Shown: positions 12,701-25,127 of the stretch, piece by piece | Layout: the number at the start of each line of letters is the position of its first letter | Position numbering within the stretch: the first letter of the stretch is position 1 | NCBI GenBank assembly: GCA_047495785.1 | Contig: JBLDXI010000003.1 | Span: 3,782,001 to 3,846,000 of the forward strand | Length of the DNA: 64,000 nt | Source of the DNA: Lepidodermella squamata | Taxonomy: Eukaryota > Animalia > Gastrotricha | Direction of reading: 5' to 3' | Made by a program: the position numbers and the translations under genes | The notes under the pieces: generated by a model | Told to the model about the DNA's origin: nothing | Databases searched by the model: none | Seen by the model: the letters and a program-made list of their open reading frames with translations, nothing else

Positions 12701-15449
12701 CACCCGCCGTCTGCACGCCGCCTCGACGGATACCATCACACCTGCACCCGAATTTCGCCTCATTCGCGTACAGTGGCAGTCAACAAGCCATCCCCGGTGA
12801 TTACTATCAAAACCATCCCGCGTACAGTTTCGACCACTACGCCGCTCAGTACCAGCGCGATTCGTTCAGCCACGCCTCGACCCCGGTTCAACCTCGACCC
12901 CCAGCTCAGCAAATCATGTCGGCCGCTCAAAGGTTCCGCCAACAGCATCACTATCTTCACAACTCACTGAACCCGCAAATGCTGCGCCACTCGTCGCTGC
13001 TAGCAGCTCCGGATGGCCAGTCACCTGTAGGACACAACTCACTACCTGTCAGCCCTCAGGCCTCGCCTACAGTTTCGAGACGAGGTGTCTTCTCAAACGG
13101 AGCCTACGCGTCCTATGATGCGTGGAATTCGTGCGATGCGAATAACAACTCGTACGATTGGGCTGATGTTCAAAGATCGTCCTGGCACGCCCAGCCAACG
13201 TACCTCAGCCCGCCCCCAGGGGCGTTCGGCTCGCCTGACTTCGCCTCAGTCGCCTCGTCATCTTTCGACGCCGGTGAACACGCTTATAACTTAACCACCC
13301 CGGCAAACACCCGTCGCCTCATGGAACTCCGCGGCCATCGAAGTGATGACTTCGACAACGGCACAGCTGTCGAACCGCCCCAGGGTGCCTACTGGTACCG
13401 GCAGGCTCGAAGTTGGGAAGAACAGGACGCTATTATCGATTTATCGACCAAGTGCCGTAAAGTCAGCATTCAGCCGGAAGAACAGCCTGAAAATAAGGAA
13501 CAAGGCGAGGCGGTTGTCGATCAATCGATAGTCGAAGGCGGCTCGCGATGCGCCGTTTCTGTCGATATCTGCCGCGAGTTGTGGAAGATCCGATCGACAT
13601 TGGCTGAGAAATCGGAGGACCTCGACGAGCCGATGGAGGTAGATAGTGATTTAACGACTTCTCAACCAGCTGAGGAGAAGCCGCAACAACTCTTACAGCT
13701 GCCTGCAGCGTCGGAGGAGGGGACTAAACGGCAGCAAGCGTTTCGCCGGCTCTATTCAGCTGCTAAATCGACAAATATCACGCCTGAAGCGGCGAGTCTT
13801 GATTCGATCGACAGCAATTCGTTGAGCGAACGCGGTTACGAATGCACGGCTACGTCGTTCGATTCAAACACTGATGTGAAGATGAATAAGGATAATGCTG
13901 AGACAGGTGATGCGGGGAAAGATCAGGCTGAACAGGCGAAGCGTGGCCAGTCACCTCGGTTTTGCCAGATGAAGAAAGCGACTGATAGTGGTTACAAATC
14001 AATGTCGGTCGAAAATGCTGCTGCTAGTCAACAGGTTGTCAAGGTAACGCCGGTTCTCGACGACATCATGTCAAACAGCGAGGCGAGTGAAAGCCAGGGC
14101 AATGGCGGCAAGTCGAGTAGCTGCGAGCGTCAGGAATCTCTTAATAATAAGGATTCATCGGCTGGTACAAATCGCCCGCAGACGTTGACTCTGCCGAATG
14201 GTGAGGGCTGTTTCGACCCTCTGCAACCGCCTGGCAGTCCGAAGAAATTGCTCAAGCGCCAGGAGTCTGTTGTAGCCGCGTCGCCTGAATTCACGTTCCC
14301 GTCTAATAATAAAACCAATAATAATAATACCGGTGATCAGGCGACGACGCCGGTGCCGAAAGCTCAAAATAGTAACCTGGCAAAACTTGGCGCGACGCAG
14401 AAGCAGGATTCTTTTGATGACCCTAACATGCCGTACTACATCACAAAGCCGGCGGTGTTTGTTAGATTGCTGCGGATGAAAACTGACAAGAGCCATACTC
14501 AATCGTCCTATCTTCAATCTCTGCTTAGCCGCGACTACAGCATCGACGAAAAAACCAACAAAATTTTCAACGATTTTGTAAAGTGAGTTTTTAAGGCGGA
14601 GTTTTACGACAAAAGAGCAAAAAGCGACAAAACAGAAAATTATAATTATTTTCTAATATCAACAAGAAAACTATTTTGGCGATGTTCTGAAGTTAAATGA
14701 ATAATTTGCTCTAATGTCGTTGCTCAATTGTCGCGTTTTAATAAATTCTGCTGTTTTGTCGTTTTTCTTCAAATTCTTCTCTCATTTTTCGTGACAGCGT
14801 GGGACCGCCAATTAATATATTTTTTCTGTTTAGATTTGACCCTAATTTGGAGCGCCGATTATCGCTGTCGCCGACTACGTCTCATCGACCTTACCGTCCT
14901 CATACGTTGCGCTTCCACCACTCGCAAGCCTCGCGTCACAACTGCGCGCCGTCAACGTGTCAAACAGCGTATTCTCATCACTTCTCAGCTGAAGACATGT
15001 CAAGCCTTGGCGTAACGAACAACGCGAATAACAAGCCAACGAAAGCTATCGACCCGGGTTTCACCGCCTCAAGTCTCCCGGCCGCCGAGCCGATGATGAC
15101 CATGTCCTGGGCGACCCAGGGCGCCATCGAGGAGGAGCCGTCTTCCGCTGCCTCGTCATGGTTCGCCGCGAACAGGCCGCATTCTTCTCAGCCAATTAAT
15201 CGGCGAAGGTCGAATGACGTCGCTGATTCTTCTGCCGCTTCAGGCCGACCCCCGCGGCCGTACATCCAGAGCCGATGCATCTCCCAGCCGATGCAGATGC
15301 CATCCCCTACGGCGATGAACGGAATAACGCCCCGCCAGCCGCCTACTCTGCACCACCAGCAATCGCAGCAATCGCCGCGATCTTCGGCGGCTTCGTCGAC
15401 CCGCAGCATACCTGTCATTTGTCTTCCGGACGGCGCCAAATACACGTGA
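9800..15449 (+). CDS. CBARP: BARP/CBARP-like (CaV-beta anchoring and regulatory protein) single-pass membrane protein, about 1335 aa; exons 9800-10463, 11397-11781, 12037-12399, 12603-14582, 14834-15449
   Basis: All junctions are GT-AG and phase-consistent (total 4008 nt). N-terminal TM ILIGVVGGGLLLLVLLLLLCR. Motifs CRELWKIRSTL, DSGYKSM and RDYSIDEKTNKIFNDFVKFDP match, in order, human CBARP segments as I recall them (YRDLWSLRASL, DSGYASI, RDYSIDEKTDALFHEFLRHDP). Confidence 0.75.
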
Positions 15450-15755
15450 CACAATGAGATATAATAATAACATGAAACACCCCTCCTTCGACACAATAAA
15501 ATATATAAGCAATGCCTTTTGAAGATGACAACTTTGTCTTTGAACTATTTATACAACTGATCTGTTTTTTTTCCTGATTTGTTTTGATTTTCTATTTCGA
15601 AATAAATCATGTTCTGCAAAAGTAAATTTCATCTTTTCGAAAAGTTTACTTCAAATGTATCGTCGTGTTTATCAAAAAAGAGAAATAGCGATTAGAGATA
15701 GAGCAAAAAACGGAGATCTAGATAAATATCTTCCTATATACATTATTCCCATCGA

Positions 15756-18700
15756 CTAGTAAGCGTACATGGAAGCCTCGGCTGGGGTGTAGCCAGACGC
15801 GGTTCGACCGCCCTTGTAGGCCGAGATAGGTTGCATGTCCATCATGCGTTTCCGCTGATAGAGCCTCCGCATCTGGATCAAAAGACCGACTAGAATTATA
15901 ACAATTATCGACAGAATAATTAGCCAGATTATGAGGCCCATAATTAGCGAGTTCGATAAAAGGCCGCCGCTTGTTGAGTCTGAAGCCGTCGGGGATGATG
16001 ATTGAGCAGCCGCGGATCCACCTGCGTTTTGTCGGGGCTGTTCGCCAGCTGCTCTGGGTTTCATTGAAGAGTCTGGAAAAATGATGCACAAATTCAGTAA
16101 TTTTCGCGAAAAATTCACGCGCAGGTTATAAGCAGAAACCTGTTAGGTCTTCGTCTTCGAAAGCTTCTAGCTCGTAAATATTCTCGTGAAGAGAATACGA
16201 CCCGCCAGAATAAGCGCGAGGCACGACTGTCCGCAAAACAAAATAAACAAATCAAACTGAAAATGCCGGTGAAATTCTAAAAAATTATCGAAATTTAAAA
16301 ATCGAATTTTGAAACAGCTCGGCATTTCCAGCTTGATTTTAAGCATGAAGCGTTTGAAGCATATCGCGCTGGCAGACAGTCATAACAGCAAATACCCGAA
16401 ACAGCAAACGCGACAAAACAGCATGTTTTTCAACTTGCGACATAACAGCAAAAACATCTTTTGCATCTATTACATCGTAAGTTGTTGCTGTTTTGTCGCA
16501 GTACCTATCGGGCAAGGTTTGAGGGCTAAAGCGCTTATTACCTTTGCCTCTTGCGTAAATTACAGACCCGGCACCAACTATGGTGCCGTAACTGTAACTT
16601 GATTGGGCAAAACCAAAAGAGCCAGTAGAAAGGGGATTTTGCGGCTGGGTCAAAGGCCCATTGAATGTAGTGTAACCACAGGGATCAATGCCGTAAATGC
16701 CGACTGTTACATCAAGAATAAATGTTGCCCAATAATAAAACAATTTTAACTTGAATTCCTTGGAAAAAAACTTACTCATCGGGAATCCAGTGAGAGGGTC
16801 AGATTGTTGCCCTTGTTGTCCTAAGCAGAGGTAGCTTCCGTAAGTATTGACACAGTAAGAAGTGCTGCCGCATGGGGTCACCTTGCACTCATCGACATCT
16901 GAAAAAATCAGGATTGTTATTGACCAAATCAAGAAAAAATCCCTCATATACCCATGCAGCTTTGAGCATCTGGTCCTAACTGGAAGCCGAGGCCGCACGA
17001 GCACCTGTAACTGCCGAACGTATTCGAGCAAGTTCCCTGGCAGCCGCCGTTGTTCGAAAGGCACTCGTTAGCGTCCTGGCAGGCCGTTCCATCGGTCGTC
17101 ACTTGAAAACCCGGCAGGCATTGGCATCGGTAACCAGTTAGCGTGTTCATGCAAGTCCCGTAGCGGCACAAATTTGGATTCAGCGAGCATTGATTGTAAA
17201 CTGTAAATCAACCAAATTTATCGGGAATATAATTGAAAAAATCTCAATTCTTACCATCGTTCGGACCCCCAGTGCCGGGGTCTCCTTTATCACCCTTGTC
17301 GCCAGGGCACTGACTAGGCATGCCAGGAGGTCCCGGCGGACCCGAGTTACCCTTATCACCTTTGTCACCCTTCATACCAGCCGAGCTAGTGTCACCCGGA
17401 TCGCCTTTTTGACCTTTCGTACCTGGAAACCCAGGTGGCCCGGGTGGCCCGGGAGGTCCGAAAGGACCCGGAGGACCCATGTCACCCTTTTGACCAGGCA
17501 GGTATGTTGGTTGACCAGAGCAAGGCGAAGGAGGAACGTAGGGTGGTGGAGTATAAGGTGGCGGAGTAGCCGGAGGCGGGGGAATATAAGGAGGCGGTGT
17601 TACTGGTTGCCCATATCTGTTCGGTCGCGGAGCAGCGCAATCAGGGTTCGAGTCTAGAATGAGAAAAATACGTTAATTAGTCGATAATTCCTCCGAAATA
17701 AACAAACTAGGTGGGCCGGAGGTGCAATCATCTTCGTCGATATTTCCGTCGCAGTCGTTGTCGATTCCATCGCCTGGTACCATAGGACAGGGTTGGCAGG
17801 GTCCGTTGATGGGCGCCAACCTCATTCGGACAGGGCACGCGTAACTTTCTCGGTCTGCATAGGCATAGATTACTGCTCCGATCGGCACATTAGGAGCCGA
17901 GTGTCTAACACTGTGGTAACCATCCTACACGAAAGTTCAAAATAATTTTGAAAATTTTATTTGAAAAAGATTCGAATTTTCGATTTTGAAATTTTTGAAA
18001 ATTCACATTTTTGAAAAAATATTTAATTTGAAATTTTTGAAATTTTTTGAAATTTTTAAAATAAATGTTTGAACTTCAATTAAGAGCAAACCAATTAAAT
18101 CTTGCTTAATTTTCAGTAAAAAATGTAGCAATCCAATCAATCTTAATCAAATTAAAGTTCATTTGAATTTAAAAAAAAATTAATCCAACTCACCGATAGG
18201 GAAATTTGAGCACCAACGTACTCCGAGTTGGAAATAGGTTGCCAGTAGACGTTGCCAACTGATCTTTCATCAATCATCAAACCAGCCGTATCGCGATTCC
18301 GCATAACCACTTGTAGCGAGTGTTTATAAGTCTCTCCCGGCGTCAACCCGGCATAGTCCCAACTCGAAAATGAGAACCCATTCGAGTACTGGTTAACAGG
18401 CATGACGTAGATCATCGATGGATCAGTCGGCTCGCTTGGACTCATTTGCGATTTGACGATTTGAACGACCATAATCGGCTGAGTCGCGACTATCCAGATG
18501 TAAGCGGTTGAGGGTACTGATCTCAGCATGAAATCACCCTGTCTAGCCAGGGTGAACGAGTCCGAAAAGCCACCACTTATCGTGACTTGGGTGTTATCAG
18601 CACTAGCCACGAATTTGTAGTAATCACCCACAGTTCGCTGCGTGGTCGGGACACTGGCGAAACGAGTACCCCACCTGGTAACATCCGGTAACTGTTCAAC

Positions 18701-21547
18701 TAAATGATCTCGATTTTCACCCTCCGTTGAAGTTCGAACATTACCGCTGAAGAACGAAACAGGGCGGTTGGACACAACAAATGTCCCTGTCATATCCCCC
18801 TTACTTTGAGCCAGAAAGGTTTCAAAGGCTTGAAGGTTGATTGTCGCGGTATCACCAGGTCCGAACGATCTCCCTAATTCAGGGATCGTTACAGTGTTAG
18901 ACCCCATAGCCCGGGAAAAGGTGATGGTAACTTGGGTAGCATCATAAGCCGCGGCGATACCGAATTGACAGAAAATTGTGGGTGGTGACCAACAAACGGC
19001 GTAATGTCTCATTCCAAGGGCTTGGACCGGGAGGGCGAGGAAGGCGTCATTCGAGTAGGTTTCTTGATTCTCGCCGTAGACAGCTATGTCAGCCGATGCT
19101 CGAATAAGTAGTCCTTTCTGCGAAATTCCAGTGGCGGTCATTTTCAAATTTCGAGAGATGTTCAGCTTTTGAACACCCCATGCTGGAATTGTCAGCGTCG
19201 CGGCGATTGAAGGGTTTGTCCATTTTGGGGACAAAATATCGACCCGAACAGGCGATGGCCCGATTGCTACAACCATCACCTCTAAATCCATGTATTTCGG
19301 TTGGTCGACGAAATTTTCCTGATTTTTCGGTAAAATTATGAAATATTCGTTAAATTTAATTGGGACATACCATGAACATAATAACGAATTCCGAGCCTTC
19401 TGAATCAGGTCGTCCTATAACGGCTCGGTAGTCTTCATCGATCCTTCCATCTCCGTCATCATCAATTCCGTTTTTGATCTCTTCGTCAATCCTGCCGTCG
19501 CAATCGTCATCTCGATTATTCCCACCGAGAAAGAATTGATTTGGGACACACCCGCCTTGCCGCACATGAGCAGCAGATCTCGGGACAATTTCCCCAACAA
19601 CTGATTTGGTTTCTTCCTCAAGAAAGGCTGGCAATTGCTCGTCATCACCATTGCCCCATTTCGCTAGGTAAGCAGCTCCTCGAGTTAGGCCCTGCTCGTA
19701 AATAATCGCAGTGAATTTCTTGTCCGAAACTAGGTCATAAGTATCTGGTTTCGTCAGCTTGAGTACAGAAACTTCCCGGCCTTCTTGCCGCGACAAAACA
19801 TGGAAAGAATTGCGCTGTTCCAACGCTCGAGTTTTGTTGATGTAAATCTCTGATGATCCAACAATAAAGATGCTCACGTCGGTTAGATCGACGAAACGGC
19901 GCCGCGACGGGTTGACGACCAGTGTTTGATACGTGCTGTTTTCAAGTGGTGGTAGAATAACCATTGAAGCGTCGCCGAATAGATTGACGTGAGACGCTGC
20001 GGCGTTCATGCCTCGAGGCCCGGTAGCGGAGGATGCTGATACGGCGCTGTGGAATCGCTTTTCCGGGTCTTCGAGGTCGCTTTCTTTCAATTCAATCGCG
20101 TCGTAGGAGCTCGGGAAAAATTGGGTGACTAGAACGCCGTTTGGCTTTGACGGCCGTAAAATTCCACTTATTTGGTTACTGCCGCTCAAAGGTAATTGCA
20201 TCATCTAATTTGGCAATTTCTCAAATGAATTAATCGAAAAAAACAGAATAACTTACCATTGATTCTCCGCGTTTGCGAAGTTCAGCAATCGTTTCGCCAT
20301 CAAGGGTGACCTAAAAAATATGAAAAATTTCAACTTAGATTTGAAATGGGTCCATGAACTTTGGATTCCAGCGCTATATTTAAAGATGAATTTTCTGGCT
20401 CTTTTTATGCTTCGGTCTGCAGGGCCATTATCGATTTCAAGTATCGATTTTAAAAATCAGTGATTTTTCCGATATCAGCAGTTTTCAAAGCCCGATTTGG
20501 AAATTATTCTACACATTTGATGGTAGCTAAAATGAAAAATCTCAGCCTTATAGGGTGCATCATTATCGATCAATAAGGGCAAAATCAAAATGGCGAAAAA
20601 TCAGCTATAACCTCAATTTTAGACCCATATGAAATTTTAAATTAAAAAAATTAATAATTTAAATTGTTTCAAAATTTGTAATATAAATTTACCTCAACAT
20701 CAGACTTTGCGGCTACTAATTTAAAATAGGTCGTCGATGTGACACCAGATGCCGCCATAAGTGCCGCAATTAGGTATGATTCACCCAGGTACGATACACC
20801 CGGTAATTGCTCGAAGGTGTGATCCGCACTATGCGTCCCGCCTATGGTCACCCTACCATTTCCGACAAAAACCGCGATTTTTTGGGTCGCTGTTATCCGA
20901 ACACCACTCAAATCGAACCCGGCTTGGTATAGGAATGTCTCGAAGTGGGTCAATAATAGCGAGATACTCTCGCCTCGTTTGACAAGTTTCCCGTCGAAAG
21001 GTATAACCAAAGGCAGACCGGCAGCGCTGTCCGGGAAGTGGATGGTCACCCGAGTTTCGCCGTTATCAGCCGCAACAATCGCGAATTGGGCGAATGATTC
21101 TGGGTTGGGTTTCAGGGTGACTACAACATAGTCGCGGTCGAGCTGGTCGACAGGCCATACCAGCGCGGTGCCAGCTGAATTCTGCGCCCGAGTCGCCGCG
21201 TAAACAGCCACGTTACTCGGCTCGCTGTAGACTACGGTCGAGACTAATAACGCATAATTCGACCGGCCGACTTGCTTCAATTCAAAGGCGTGAGGTACAT
21301 TCAAGGCGCCGTAGGTCGATACATTGCCAACAAAGCCGGTGAAATCGCGTAATGGAACGCGTGGGGCTGAAATCATGACTCGAATCGGCAATTTCGAAGT
21401 TGTAGTTACAACAATTTGCGGCTCATCTGCCGTGTCGATGTAAACGTGGTTGTCCAGAAATACGACGACGTAATTTCGGGTGATCATAGTAGCCCCTAGG
21501 GTGCGTAGTAAAATTACGAATATTGACAGCCAAAGTAGGTCAGCCAT
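15756..21547 (-). CDS. Type I membrane mosaic protein, about 1470 aa: signal peptide, 2x IgGFc-binding N-terminal domain, DxDCDG Asp/Cys motifs, Pro-rich linker, collagen, 3 EGF, TM; exons 21547-20693, 20310-20257, 20204-19371, 19318-18194, 17924-17708, 17653-17255, 17200-16952, 16898-16776, 16703-16542, 16226-16140, 16072-15756
   Basis: [29 protein letters not shown] and [13 protein letters not shown] are IgGFc-binding motifs. Also [11 protein letters not shown] and [11 protein letters not shown], Gly-X-Y repeats, DANEC/DVDEC calcium-binding EGF starts, and a hydrophobic TM. Splice phases are consistent (4422 nt). Confidence 0.8.
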
Positions 21548-22444
21548 GATTCGTGTAGATGAATAAAAATTCAACGACAAGAAGACCATGTTTCACTTTC
21601 ATCTGCACCGCGTGTTTATTTTTCGCATTTTTAGGGAAATAAATAAATAAATAAGTTAAAATACCTAAAAACAACAGACCAGGTTCAACTATTTTGAACG
21701 CTTTTATTTTTAAAATTTCGCGAGGGTTTATGAACTCGCCGTATGAATTATACCGCGTTATTATTGTTTGTCATAAGTAGGTGAACTCTGAAATGTCTCG
21801 AGTTATAAATATCGCGAGGGCCGGTGACGACGAGCCCTAATCGGCACCTGTGCGCGCGCGCTCATCTTCAACTTTTATTCGAATAACAGCGCGAACACTT
21901 GCTCAAGTCATAAAAGGACCCAGTTTGGCGCCATCTGCGCGCAAATCGACGCGCACGCACCTTTCGAACGCGCGCGCGGCAAAACAAAAGAACAAACGTA
22001 CCTACTGCTCATGAGGACGATAAATAAAATTATGAGTTGCGCAATATAAATCGTTAGAGCTCCCGCAGTATCAATAAGTCATACTAAAATTGTTGATTTT
22101 TATATCATACGTAAAAATACTGACAGGTAGGTGTCAACAAAAATGGAGGCGAATATCAGTCAGAAAGCGTGAACAATTTTATTTCGAAAAAATTTGAAAA
22201 TCGCCCGGGAAATCAGTGACTCCTGTGGTATTAATTCCTATTTCTGCAGCACTAATTTTTGTTATTAAATTATGCTGCAACTCTATCACTTTACTAATTT
22301 TCGCGACCTTGCTTATAAGCGTCATAAGTTGCACAACCATTTTCTATTTTGGCAAGTATTTTTTAGGAAGTATATCTAATCCTTTGAAATTGAATCTTCC
22401 GGGATAATATTCCATCGTTTATCCGCCATTTTACAGAAGATATT

Positions 22445-22686
22445 AAAAATTTACCGGATCGAGAAAACCCGGAAAACCCCGATGGTAACTGGTACGGTAA
22501 TTTTCGGTAATTTTCCGGTTTGACCACATTTATCCTGATTTTTTATCCTATTAACGAATGACATGCTTGATTACTATCCTTGCTTTTTGAATTTTTTCCA
22601 AACATTTTTCTTGCCATGACTTCACCACTCATTTAGAGTTCCTGATCCCTTTTCCCTGTATTTTCTTACTTATGGGACACGCTGTA
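22445..22686. mobile_element. Second, partial copy of the Tc1/mariner-type MITE at 933-1293
   Basis: GAAAACCC-GAAAACCCCGAT-GTAACTGGT-CGGTAATTTTCGG ... TATGGGACA-GCTG-TA is shared with 1058-1295. Confidence 0.6.
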
Positions 22687-23270
22687 ATCTTGCGAGTAAC
22701 TTGCTCGCCAATTCAAGGCAGATACGGCGATAATGTTAACGCTGTAGAAAATTGAACAAAATTCAATTTCAGTTACTTCGTACATTGAAATCTGTGAGTA
22801 ATTTACCGAATTTTACCGAATCAGCGAATTTTTTGCTTGCTACAAGATGCAGTTCGATCACTGGAAATATTTTTTTTTGTAGCACTGAGAGCATGTTTTC
22901 CAAATCATCCGAGATCTTTTGCTCATTCCTGTGAATTGTTGGTTTTTATTTATTTTTTAATCTAATTTTGTTACTGACCATATTAACATTAGGCTCAACG
23001 CCTTTTTTGGCCTATACGTGCGAATTGTTCGTGTGCCTATCTAGGAATGAACCCTAACACAAACGTTTGGCAGCTATTTCCTTGCCAACGATCGATCCTT
23101 CACTAAAAAACAGCTTCAAAAGCAAATTTCACGTTGAAAAAAACAAACCACGCATCATCACAGCTTTTCAATAATTTATGAATCGCTGGCTCTCCAGACT
23201 CTCGCTCAGCCTGTTTAGTTTATTTTTTTGTAGGAATTCAGTGGAGACAGGCTTTTTTTGAATAAAACTC

Positions 23271-23751
23271 ATGGGCGGCAGTGATTCAAGCTCTTCAAAT
23301 CCTGTAGTTCTGGGCGTTGTTTGCCCTGTTATAGCCGCTATCCTCCTTATTGTTGTCGCAGTAATGGTCAAAGTCATTCTGTACACGTTCAGGTACTAAC
23401 ATGATCCCGTTCGAATTTCGGCAAATTTTCAATTTTAATTTCCTTTATAGGCGATCTAAACAGCCATCGTCTGCGAGCCAGAAAATTTTCCCGTCCAGCA
23501 ACGATGACGACATGTCCAGCACATCCGAGTCGAATCTGAGGCGTGAACAGGCGGCTGTCGGTGATTACAGCCGTCGGTCGTCCGTAATCGACATGAAAAT
23601 GATCAACGGCCATGGGTATCGGCCGTCGCTCACCCCTGATATGCCAGCTATGCCTCTTCAGGCGAAACCGAATCCGCCTATGATGATGAACCCTAGCTAC
23701 AATAACCGACAGACCCCGGCGCCTAAAAATTATTTCGGCAATTTTTACTAA
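23271..23751 (+). CDS. Small single-pass membrane protein (about 140 aa); exons 23271-23392, 23451-23751
   Basis: MGGSDSSSSNPVVLGVVCPVIAAILLIVVAVMVKVILYTFR, then a 58-nt phase-2 GT-AG intron joining ORF 23401-23751. Confidence 0.6.
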
Positions 23752-23867
23752 AAAAAAAAGGCTACCGTCCTCAAAAACAAACCTTATTCTACTCACGAAT
23801 CCTAGTGATTAATGGCGTCGAAATAAAATTATACAAAAAATCAACAATTCTTTTTATTTCGAAAAAA

Positions 23868-24380
23868 TCACGGTTTTTCATAAGCCGAAGGTTTGAGCTT
23901 TGAATAGGAAGAATGGCTGTGCATACAAAAAGCGCATAATGAGACGATAGCAACAAAGCTGATGCCGATAATAAAGAAAAAAGCCATGTAAAACATATCG
24001 ACAAAGGTGAACTGAGAATTTGCGGTTGTAGCAACAGCATCCGTTGACGACCGATTGAAAATTCCGACGTCTGGGAACACGAAAGGGTTTGAAATGTTCG
24101 AACTGGTCGTATGCTCTTCTTCTGAATCATAGTCTAAAGAAATATTTATTAAAAAATGTTGAATAAATGTTAAATTCTTACATTGAGCGGACATGATGGA
24201 TTGAGTTGACGAAGGTGTTGTAGTAATCGAACTTTTCGAGATGATTTCAACACGGCGAGCATCGTACTTGAAATTGCGGCTCTCCATAACGCGATGCCGA
24301 TTTCGAACAAAACCAGTGGTAGAACCAGTTAGGATCATCACCGCTCCTAAAATGCTTATAGCGAGTAATTTAACATGCAT
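23868..24380 (-). CDS. Small type I membrane protein (signal peptide, Ser/Thr-rich ectodomain, TM); probable 48-nt intron 24181-24134
   Basis: N-terminal signal MHVKLLAISILGAVMILTGS and C-terminal TM FYMAFFFIIGISFVAIVSLCAFCM. Internal GTAAGA...TTTAG is in frame and lacks a stop codon. Confidence 0.6.
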   Translation of the reverse strand: MHVKLLAISILGAVMILTGSTTGFVRNRHRVMESRNFKYDARRVEIISKSSITTTPSSTQSIMSAQCKNLTFIQHFLINISLDYDSEEEHTTSSNISNPFVFPDVGIFNRSSTDAVATTANSQFTFVDMFYMAFFFIIGISFVAIVSLCAFCMHSHSSYSKLKPSAYEKP

Positions 24381-25127
24381 TGTTGATAACAGGTAAATAT
24401 CGATTGATGATGAATTTTTGAGAAATTTTCAGCATCGTTTGCTTATAGTACTATAAAACTTTTGATTAAGGCTGTGTTTTATATTGTTTTATTCCGGGTT
24501 GCGCGATACAGTGCCGAGGTGTGAGCTGGGCTGGCGTCGTGTGACGAACGCGATAGTGATCTCGGCTTATTGTTTACACTCGATAAGGAACAATAGTGAG
24601 AGTGGGAGCGTCTCGCATATGCGCAATCTTAACGACGCAATACCTGGCGCTGAAATAACACACAGAAATAAGTAGGTTTTCTTGAGAGCAAAATTCAGCA
24701 CTTGAAACTGTTTACACAGGAACCCTCATCCTATGAAGAGGTGATAAATAATTAAGCTGGGCGACTTTTGAACATTGTCCTCTTTTTTGTAGGTCAGACG
24801 GACGAGAGAGCAAAAATTATTGACTGCCGCGAAGCTATTATCATCATAAATTTGAACACGACACTTGCCTAGAATTGAAAATTCAGCTCCAAATCAGACA
24901 AACCTCCGGAGTCAATGCGGAAGCTTTCAGCGTCGATGTATATTTCCTGAAAAAATGACCTATTTAGAGGTTTATTACACTTTGATCTATCACTGATGAT
25001 GGAAATGCGAGATTTTCAAACAAATCTAGTTCATGCATGATCGACGCCTCTTGATTCGCATTATGCTTAGGAATAAACAACGTGTAAGCGTTTCAATCAG
25101 CTCAAAATCCCACTTGAAAAATTATCC

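Noticed and set aside
12482-12970. 162-aa ORF as a separate gene
   Set aside because: It is an alternative frame; the real exon starts at 12603 in the frame of ORF 12916.
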